In this document: in pieces, positions 56,910 to 64,000 of the stretch
Layout: the number at the start of each line of letters is the position of its first letter
How positions within the stretch are numbered: position 1 is the first letter of the stretch
NCBI GenBank assembly: GCA_965215265.1
Contig: OZ244048.1
Coordinates: forward strand, 3,264,001-3,328,000
From: Candidatus Poribacteria bacterium
Lineage (GTDB): Bacteria; Poribacteria; WGA-4E; WGA-3G
Direction of reading: 5' to 3'
Length of the DNA stretch: 64,000 nucleotides
The notes under the pieces: generated by a model
What the model was told of the DNA's origin: nothing
The model's input: the letters and a program-made list of their open reading frames with translations, nothing else
Database searches by the model: none
Made by a program: the position numbers and the translations under genes

Positions 56910-57338
56910 ATGAACGGGTATCCGACGGTCACTATCCACATTCTAGGGCCGAACGAAGGGATAGCAGAAGGCAAAAATAAGGGCTTATGGTTTAAGCTAA
57001 GATCAGAGCCGCCACCGACAAAAGACCTTGTCGTAGGCTTGAAGGTCCAGTCGTCTAACGGAGAGGTTAAACAGTTCAACACAATCGTAATCCCTAAACA
57101 TGAAACCTATTCCGCTGATCTTTTTTACAAAACAGTGGAAGGGCACACCGACGTATGGCTGGAAATAGAACCGGTTGCTTCGCTTTCCGCAATAGAGTTG
57201 CCTACTGTTACAAATGAAGGCTACGTTATAGAGGCGAGGCATGAGTTTTCAGAGTACAGCATAGGAGACTTATCGAAAATAGTTCCTTACCAGTGGAATG
57301 GACCCGAGAGAGGGCTATGGACAGATGAAAAACTTTAA
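56910..57338 (+). CDS. hypothetical protein (beta-rich, Calx-beta/Ig-like fragment)
   Basis: 142 aa ORF with GAAGGT RBS; PTVTI..IAEG..PPPTKDLVV. Confidence 0.5.
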   Translation: MNGYPTVTIHILGPNEGIAEGKNKGLWFKLRSEPPPTKDLVVGLKVQSSNGEVKQFNTIVIPKHETYSADLFYKTVEGHTDVWLEIEPVASLSAIELPTVTNEGYVIEARHEFSEYSIGDLSKIVPYQWNGPERGLWTDEKL

Positions 57339-57405
57339 ACTTGGGTAGCAACGTATACGGCTAAATCCTCCGCTCAATGTGATTCACTAAAAAAACGGAG
57401 TTTTC

Positions 57406-58689
57406 ATGATGCAAAAACAGATTTTAAGAAACACCTTAATTCTCTTATTCTTGGTGCTGCCGCTAATCAGCAGCAGTTTCGCGGAAAACTGGCCCCGTTG
57501 GCGTGGACCGAGAAACGATGGTACAAGCGCCGAAACCGGTGTTCCCACCCACTGGTCCGGTACCGAGAATGTGCGCTGGCGTTTGGCTCTTCCGGGCGAA
57601 GCGGCTTCAACCCCGATCGTGTGGGGAGACCGGATTTTCCTCACGACTGCCGACGGCAGAGATGAGCTCGCACTCCTCTGTATCACGACTGAGGGCAGCA
57701 TTTTGTGGAAACAGACCTTAGGGAGCGGCAATCGCAGTATCCGGCGGGGTGAAGCCAACCTTGCAGCCCCCTCCCCGTCAACCGATGGCGAACACGTCTG
57801 GACCTTCATTGGAAACGGTAACCTCGCGTGCCATGACGTGGAAGGAAACCGGGTCTGGGAAATAAACCTACAGGAACGTTACGGCACTTTTAACCTCTAC
57901 TTTGTTATGTCGACCTCCCCGCTGCTGGACAGAGACAGGCTATACATCCAACTTATTCACAGCAACGCGTGGCTGGTGCTGGCCTTGGACAAAGCAAACG
58001 GTTCAGAGATCTGGAGGCATGAACGTCAAAGCGATGCGACCTCTGAATGCGAACAAGCTTATACCTCGCCGGTTCTCTACCGTGACGCTGAGCGTGAATT
58101 TCTGGTTGTTCATGGTGCGGACTACGTTACCGCCCATAGTCTTGAAGATGGTAGTGAAATATGGCGCTGCGGCGGGCTAAATCCGGTTTCGAGTTATAAC
58201 TATTCACTCCGTTTTGTGGCTTCCCCGGTCGTAAGGGATGGGCTTATTGTGGTTCCTTCTGCAAAAAACGGTCCTGTTTTAGGCATTGATCCGGCGGCAC
58301 AGGATAAGGACATAACCGATAGCAGATGGCAACTCTGGAAGCTTTCAAAAGGTACGCCGGACGTTCCTTCTCCACTCATCCACGACGGCTTAGTCTATCT
58401 GTGCCGGGAAAACGGTGACCTGCTATGCATTGATGCCAAAACAGGTGAGCAGCTTTACCGTGAACGTACTCATCGGCATAGACATCGTGCGTCGCCGGTT
58501 TACGCAAACGGTTTTATCTATCTAACCGCCCGCGATGGCGTGGTCAGCGTCGTCAAAGCAGGGCGTGAATTTGAATTAGTTGCAACCAATTCGATAGGCG
58601 AAGAGGTTGCCGCTTCGCCTGTTGTCGCGAATGGTACACTCTACCTCCGCAGCTACGACGCGCTCTATGCTATCGGGGTGAAAAAGTGA
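57406..58689 (+). CDS. PQQ-binding-like (BamB-type) beta-propeller protein
   Basis: Signal peptide, NWPRWRGP, STPIVWG, SPSTDG, ASPV repeats. Confidence 0.92.
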   Translation: MMQKQILRNTLILLFLVLPLISSSFAENWPRWRGPRNDGTSAETGVPTHWSGTENVRWRLALPGEAASTPIVWGDRIFLTTADGRDELALLCITTEGSILWKQTLGSGNRSIRRGEANLAAPSPSTDGEHVWTFIGNGNLACHDVEGNRVWEINLQERYGTFNLYFVMSTSPLLDRDRLYIQLIHSNAWLVLALDKANGSEIWRHERQSDATSECEQAYTSPVLYRDAEREFLVVHGADYVTAHSLEDGSEIWRCGGLNPVSSYNYSLRFVASPVVRDGLIVVPSAKNGPVLGIDPAAQDKDITDSRWQLWKLSKGTPDVPSPLIHDGLVYLCRENGDLLCIDAKTGEQLYRERTHRHRHRASPVYANGFIYLTARDGVVSVVKAGREFELVATNSIGEEVAASPVVANGTLYLRSYDALYAIGVKK

Positions 58690-59561
58690 AAAGTTACAAG
58701 GAACTACCGGGTGATGCGGGGTCCAACATTGTGGGGCAAGTTAGCGCCCAACACGCCCGTCTTCGAAAGCGGCTCGGCACGGTAAAACATACCGTCGCTG
58801 TTATGAGTGGAAAAGGTGGTGTTGGTAAAAGTGCTGTCACGGCAAATCTGGCGAATGCACTCGCATTACTAGGGCTTTCTATTGGTGTCGTGGATGCGGA
58901 TATCAACGGTCCCACACTAGCGAAAATGATGGGTGTGCGACATGCGGCAGTCAATGCGACAACTAACGGGGTTAAACCTGCGATTAACACGCTCGGTGTC
59001 AAAGTCATCTCAATGGATTTACTGCTCGCTGAAGACGATGCGCCTGTGTTGTGGCATGCTCCTACTCAGAAAGATGCATTCACATGGCGCAGCACAATGG
59101 AAGTAGGCGCGCTGCGAGAATTCATCGCTGACACCGAGTGGGGAACGCTTGATTACCTTCTCCTCGATCTTCCCCCAGGAACCGATAGGCTCCCCAATGT
59201 CGTAGAGCTTATACCGGACCTCGGTGGTGTCATCGTTGTAACGATACCCTCTGATATTTCGCAATTCATCGTAAAAAAATCGGTGACAATGGCACATAAC
59301 ATCCTCAACGTTCCTATTATCGATATTGTGCAAAATATGACAGTTTATGTGTGTCAGCACTGTGGTAAACAAGAGCCGCTCTTTGCAACAGATCACCCGA
59401 TCAGCAAGGAGGGCCCGCTGAGTCAGATACCGTTTGACCCGGATCTCTCACGTTGTAGTGATAAAGGTACACCTTATGTGCATCAATACCCAGAACGTCC
59501 CGCGAGCAAAGCATTCACCGGGGTTGCCGAAAAACTTCAACGTTTCTTTAAAAAGGAGTAA
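58686..59561 (+). CDS. Mrp/NBP35 family Fe-S carrier ATPase
   Basis: SGKGGVGKS, DADINGP, WGTLDYLLLDLPPGT, CQHC. Confidence 0.93.
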   Translation: MKSYKELPGDAGSNIVGQVSAQHARLRKRLGTVKHTVAVMSGKGGVGKSAVTANLANALALLGLSIGVVDADINGPTLAKMMGVRHAAVNATTNGVKPAINTLGVKVISMDLLLAEDDAPVLWHAPTQKDAFTWRSTMEVGALREFIADTEWGTLDYLLLDLPPGTDRLPNVVELIPDLGGVIVVTIPSDISQFIVKKSVTMAHNILNVPIIDIVQNMTVYVCQHCGKQEPLFATDHPISKEGPLSQIPFDPDLSRCSDKGTPYVHQYPERPASKAFTGVAEKLQRFFKKE

Positions 59562-59564
59562 AAA

Positions 59565-60092
59565 TTGAAATTCTTATGCCGCGAATGCGATACCGCCATG
59601 AAATTTAAAGAGGTCATGCGCCCGGAGCAAGGATCTGTGACTGCAGTTTTTGAGTGCCCCGACTGTTTCACTGAGATTGCTATGTTTCTCAATCCTTGGG
59701 AGACGCAGATGCTCAAATCCTTGGATGTACAATTAGGTGGGAGCAACGAATCGGCGCAGCCGATGCAGATGATCCGGTCTCAACTTGAAACTGCGAAGCG
59801 TGAACCGATGCCTAATCCGGTTCCTATGGAAATAAGTTCAGGAGAAACCGCTGAGGGCGGCAGATGTCCCTTCACCTCCGTGATTTCGGAGGCTTTTGAG
59901 GAAGCACCTAAACCCGAACCGACAGCTCCCACTTGGTCAACTGAAGCCTTAGAACGGCTAGAAAGGATTCCGAGTTTCGTGCGCCCCATGGCAAAGATGG
60001 GTATTGAAAGTTTCGCAAAAGAGAATGGGCACACTGAAATTACGGCAGAAGTTATGGATGCTGCACGTGGAAATTTTCCCACACAGGTCTAA
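59565..60092 (+). CDS. zinc-ribbon + PCP_red domain protein
   Basis: CREC..CPDC, NPWETQ, CPF, WSTEALERLERIPSFVR. Confidence 0.8.
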   Translation: MKFLCRECDTAMKFKEVMRPEQGSVTAVFECPDCFTEIAMFLNPWETQMLKSLDVQLGGSNESAQPMQMIRSQLETAKREPMPNPVPMEISSGETAEGGRCPFTSVISEAFEEAPKPEPTAPTWSTEALERLERIPSFVRPMAKMGIESFAKENGHTEITAEVMDAARGNFPTQV

Positions 60093-60215
60093 ATTTTATA
60101 ATAGTGCAATTGTTGACGCATCCCTATGCCCTCTTTATAAGGATTTTTACCAAACGCTGGAGCATTTCGAGCGCTGGATCCGGTTGTTGATAATCTATAA
60201 AAAAAGGAAATATCC

Positions 60216-63119
60216 GTGAACCGTAATAGTGAAGATACTATCACTACCCTTTTCGTTGAAATCTTGATACCCATGAGCTCTACATGGCAAATTGATGAAC
60301 AGATAACGAAACCTTTCATCGAAAATAGGCGCAAACCGGATGCGATTGTCCGCACAATTGAAAAATATCCACTCGCAATTGAGCTCAAAATTGACTTTGC
60401 ACGCGGTGCTAATGAAACCGGGGAGCCGGAGGTGCGCAAATATTACTTGGGCAAAACGCTTGAGGCCACAACGGAACGGGTTATAAATAGCATGGCTGTC
60501 CGTATCCCTTACCGGTTTCGCACGATGCCGAGGCATGAAATTCCTCAAGAATTACAGGCCGCGACAGACATCGCGTATGTACTGCTGAATCTTGAGGAAC
60601 CACACCGATTTCCACAGGAAGGCTGGCTCCAGGGCAGCATCGCCGACATTGCAACTGCTATCCGTATCGGCGCGACACCTATTGCCAAAATTGAGAGAGC
60701 CGCAGAGGTTCTGCAGCAGGGTATCAATAGAGCAGCTGCTATCGTTCACCGTGCGATTCAACAGCGGCCACATATTGCTGAAAAGATAGGTGAACATCTC
60801 GTGCAAGAGCCCGGACAACAAGCTAACCAGATGGCGATGCTCATTATCAGTAACGCCCTCGTTTTTCAGAGCAGCCTCGCACGCAAGCCTGATATGGAAG
60901 CTGTTCCATCCCTCAGTGAACTCACTGCAAGCTACGGAAAACTCGATTCAGACGTGATCTTGCAGGCCTGGCGAGAAATCCAAAGGGTGAACTACGCACC
61001 AATTTTCGACGTTGCCTACAAGCTTGTTGAGACGCTTGCCGCAGACGATCAATTGGTGGGTGAGGTGCTGAGCGTGCTACGAGACACTTCACGCGAATTG
61101 GAGATGATGGGACTTGCCCAGGAACATGAACTTGCTGGCATCGTTTTCCAGCGACTTATCGCCGACCGGAAGATTCTCAAAGCCAACTACACCCGCCCAG
61201 AGTCCTCTGCCTTGCTTTGTGCCCTTGTGCTACCTGAATTGAACAGAGATGCTAAGAAATTGAAAATTGCAGATTTTGCATGTGGTACGGGCACTCTCCT
61301 CAACGGTGTTTATCAACGGCTCCTCATGCTCCACGAGCAGGCGGGGGGTAGCGGTGAAGATATCCATCAATACATGATGGAGCGGAATCTCGTGGGCTGT
61401 GATGTTCTGCCTAACGCCGCGCACCTCACAGCGGCGATTATCGCCAGTACTTATCCTGATGCGAAAATCGGCACCACACGCATCCACACTATGCCGTACG
61501 GTACGCGCCGCGCAGATGGGCTCTACGGTATCGGCGTGCTGAATCTCCTCAGCGATCCGGAAGGGACGCTTCCGTTGCATCTGGGCACAGCCGAAACTAC
61601 CACAGGACACGGCACCAGAACCACAAGTATGCAGCAAGCCTTCCGACATGGCGAATTCGACATCGTTATCCAGAATCCACCGTATACCCGAAGCGGTGCC
61701 GATGGCAACTCCAATATGCCCAAAAGTGTTTTTGGTGATAAACAGGTAGCGGCCGCCATGCGCGAAACCTTACGTGCGCAGCAGCCTCGGCTCACTGGCA
61801 ATAATACCGGGCTCGGTGCCTATTTTGTTGATCTTGCCGACAAGATGCTGAAACGCAACGGTAAGATGGCGTTTGTCCTTCCGCTAACCGTCATAACCGG
61901 AAATAGTTGGTACAAGGTACGAAATTTGTGGGCAGAGGAGTACCGCGATCTTGTTGTCATCACGATTGCCCATGAAAACATTGAGGAGTGCACGTTTTCA
62001 GCGGATACTGCCCTGGCAGAGTGCCTCGTTGTTGCAACAAAAGGGAAAGGAGAAACCACGGGCCGAGGAACGTTCGTTTGTCTCAAGCGCTGCCCTCACG
62101 GTGAGTTGGAAGCACTCGAAATAGCCAAGCAAATTCATGAACTGAAGTGTATCCGAAGCCTTGAAGATAATCTACTCACCGGGGGCTCCCCTCTCAAGGT
62201 AGGCGATGAGATTGTAGGACAGGTCATGATGGCATCCCTTTGCGGAAGTAACGCAGGCTGGTCCATCTCACGTGTTAAAGAGATGGCTGTTGTGCAATCG
62301 GCTTACCATCTTGCGAATCAAATAGTACGGCTCCCCCAACAAACCGAAGATATTCGACTTCCTCTACTTCCTGTATCAGAAATCGCAACGTTAGGCATTG
62401 GCACTAAGGATATCATCGGGGGTGGGGGTAGAGGGGCTTTTGACGCTGAAGATGGTTGTTCGGATACCGCAATTTATCCATGTCTGTGGCATTTAGACTC
62501 AAGTCGAGACGGACAGCGGGCAATGGTTGTGCCCCCAAATGCGCATGCACGGCCCCGCCCGAATTCGGTTGAAAAGGTGGAGAAAATAATGCAGTTAAAC
62601 AGTAGGGTTCATTACAACATGGAATTACAGTTTAATGCCAATGCGTTAGGAATAATGTTTACGGAACAGCCCTCTATTGGCGTAAATAAACTCCCGAATG
62701 TTGTCTTTAAGGATAGATGCCACGAATATGCGTGGACGCTGTGGGGCAATTCAACGTTTGGTTTGCTCTGTCACTGGTATCAAAGCAGCAAGCAACAACA
62801 AGGCAGAGGGATCCTGAGTCGTGCCACTTTCAATTCTATGCCCACCCTGGATGTTCGTAAACTCTCTGCTGAGGCCTTAGCGAATGCGGAACAGATTTTC
62901 AATGAACTGAAGCATCAGAGAATGTTACCGTTTAATGAGATGGATGCGGATCCGGTGCGTCACGAGCTCGATCGGTTGTTATTATCCAGGGTCCTCGGCA
63001 TTACCGAGGCGGAACGTCCGGATGTGCATGAGGGGCTCGCGCTGCTACGGAAGATGCTCGTCGAAGAACCGAGCATCCATGGCGGGAAGAAGTCAAAGGT
63101 TAAGCTGGATGAATCTTAG
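60216..63119 (+). CDS. fused restriction-modification-like enzyme (type IIG-like: PD-ExK nuclease + gamma-class N6 MTase + C-terminal recognition region)
   Basis: RKPD..IELK; NYTRP; DFACGTGTLL; IQNPPY; AFVLP. Confidence 0.8.
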   Translation: MNRNSEDTITTLFVEILIPMSSTWQIDEQITKPFIENRRKPDAIVRTIEKYPLAIELKIDFARGANETGEPEVRKYYLGKTLEATTERVINSMAVRIPYRFRTMPRHEIPQELQAATDIAYVLLNLEEPHRFPQEGWLQGSIADIATAIRIGATPIAKIERAAEVLQQGINRAAAIVHRAIQQRPHIAEKIGEHLVQEPGQQANQMAMLIISNALVFQSSLARKPDMEAVPSLSELTASYGKLDSDVILQAWREIQRVNYAPIFDVAYKLVETLAADDQLVGEVLSVLRDTSRELEMMGLAQEHELAGIVFQRLIADRKILKANYTRPESSALLCALVLPELNRDAKKLKIADFACGTGTLLNGVYQRLLMLHEQAGGSGEDIHQYMMERNLVGCDVLPNAAHLTAAIIASTYPDAKIGTTRIHTMPYGTRRADGLYGIGVLNLLSDPEGTLPLHLGTAETTTGHGTRTTSMQQAFRHGEFDIVIQNPPYTRSGADGNSNMPKSVFGDKQVAAAMRETLRAQQPRLTGNNTGLGAYFVDLADKMLKRNGKMAFVLPLTVITGNSWYKVRNLWAEEYRDLVVITIAHENIEECTFSADTALAECLVVATKGKGETTGRGTFVCLKRCPHGELEALEIAKQIHELKCIRSLEDNLLTGGSPLKVGDEIVGQVMMASLCGSNAGWSISRVKEMAVVQSAYHLANQIVRLPQQTEDIRLPLLPVSEIATLGIGTKDIIGGGGRGAFDAEDGCSDTAIYPCLWHLDSSRDGQRAMVVPPNAHARPRPNSVEKVEKIMQLNSRVHYNMELQFNANALGIMFTEQPSIGVNKLPNVVFKDRCHEYAWTLWGNSTFGLLCHWYQSSKQQQGRGILSRATFNSMPTLDVRKLSAEALANAEQIFNELKHQRMLPFNEMDADPVRHELDRLLLSRVLGITEAERPDVHEGLALLRKMLVEEPSIHGGKKSKVKLDES

Positions 63120-63156
63120 TGCTGCGACGTGTTATATTTGAGGTAATGATATGCGG

Positions 63157-63186
63157 TTGACATCTTTTTATTTGATGTGTTATCAT
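63157..63186 (+). promoter_or_regulatory. sigma70 promoter downstream of the RM gene
   Basis: TTGACA-18 nt-TATCAT with TGn extension. Confidence 0.6.
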
Positions 63187-63227
63187 TTTTTTATAGGAAT
63201 TGCATCCACAAAAAGAGGTACGGACAG

Positions 63228-63686
63228 ATGCGCGCAATTGTTGAACTATTTATCCGCACCATCCACCTTATAGCCGCAATAATTTGGTTCGGGGGTGTTG
63301 TCTTTTCTACTTTGATTGCGACACCGATCGTGCAGAAAAATTTATCGACACAAAATGTGTTAGCAATTCACAACCGGTTCCGTGGTCTAATTCGGTTTAC
63401 GATTCATATCCTGTTGATTACTGGGGCGATGGTCTTCTTTATTGTAGCGTGGAACAATAACATGCGTTTTGATGCGACTTATATGGTGTTCTTTGTCGCC
63501 AAGCTTGCTGCGTTCGGATTGATGACGCTGTTTTGGGGGTTACACGCTTCACTCTATCGGCGGCAGCTTGAGGGAGTGCTGCCCGGTGGAAAAACAGATT
63601 ATCCGAGACCTATCAACTTATTGAGGGGTTTGACCTTAATTTCTGGCGGAATTGTCTTCGCGCTTTCGTTATATTTGAGAAACTAA
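63228..63686 (+). CDS. CopD/DUF4149-like four-TM membrane protein
   Basis: IHLIAAIIWFGG, LLITG, AKL; GAGGT RBS before ATG63228. Confidence 0.7.
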   Translation: MRAIVELFIRTIHLIAAIIWFGGVVFSTLIATPIVQKNLSTQNVLAIHNRFRGLIRFTIHILLITGAMVFFIVAWNNNMRFDATYMVFFVAKLAAFGLMTLFWGLHASLYRRQLEGVLPGGKTDYPRPINLLRGLTLISGGIVFALSLYLRN

Positions 63687-64000
63687 TGGAACATCCAAAA
63701 ATTCAGGCGGTTTCATGGAATATTACCCGTCTGTGCAATCTGAAATGTACCCACTGCTATCTGCCTGCGGGGTTTGTGGACACAAATGAGTTCCCGCGGG
63801 GCTATTCCCGGGATGGTGAATTAAGTCAATCAGACTGTTTTCGGGTTATTGATGAGATAGCGGATATTAATCCGAACATTCTTCTGATTCTGACTGGTGG
63901 CGAGCCGTTGCTTCGGCCAGATATTTTGAAAATATCGAAGTATGCCTCTGACACCGGATTTCTCGTTGTGATGGGTACAAACGGTGTTTTACTCAACGAT
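63686..64000 (+). CDS. radical SAM protein, 5' part (AhbC/AhbD/NirJ-like); runs off the window
   Basis: MEHPKIQAVSWNITRLCNLKCTHCY..LILTGGEPLLRPD..MGTNG; TAATG overlap with the previous stop. Confidence 0.88.
   Translation, partial: MEHPKIQAVSWNITRLCNLKCTHCYLPAGFVDTNEFPRGYSRDGELSQSDCFRVIDEIADINPNILLILTGGEPLLRPDILKISKYASDTGFLVVMGTNGVLLND

Noticed and set aside
54937-60092. Chlorophyll biosynthesis from PCP_red domains
   Set aside because: Only the small C-terminal-like domain is present; no BchL/N/B catalytic subunits.

Overview
Bacterial chromosomal window, probably Candidatus Poribacteria or a relative. This is inferred from the C-terminal 'NYPNPFNPETWIPY...RKMVILK' and 'VSPADKLSMVWGELK' tails together with planctomycete-type DUF1549/1553, DUF1501 and PPC genes. 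Nearly all genes are on the + strand. Layout: 1-2 kb holds an FGE-sulfatase/C-lectin gene end with DGR variable-region hallmarks and an Rpn (YhgA-like) gene with an internal RpnS start, between repeats. 2-14.7 kb is housekeeping/metabolic genes (PhyH, nucleoside hydrolase, GT2, DUF368, nadK, recN, fused IOR, aroE, zapA) with a palindromic repeat family. 14.9-30.4 kb is a planctomycete-type cytochrome c/WD40, DUF1549/1553, DUF1501, PPC module interrupted by a sulfatase, an orphan methyltransferase and secreted proteins. 31-60 kb is a large respiratory cluster: b6-type Rieske/cytochrome b, octaheme cytochrome c, Nitrospira-like bd-like oxidase module, A1 cytochrome c oxidase with maturation genes, and USP/PCP_red/Mrp genes. 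The end has a type IIG-like RM gene and the start of a radical SAM gene. Signals the ORF track misses: (1) UGA readthrough giving a selenocysteine HMA domain (GMTUGAC) fused to the cytochrome c-WD40 protein, with a SECIS-like hairpin; (2) a decayed bacterial selenoprotein N homolog (DESCUGSG) with a hairpin at similar spacing; (3) three cas-less repeat-spacer-repeat units of 66-67 bp period, resembling off-target spacer integrations; (4) a possible 6S-like RNA. All assignments come from reading motifs by eye; no searches were run.
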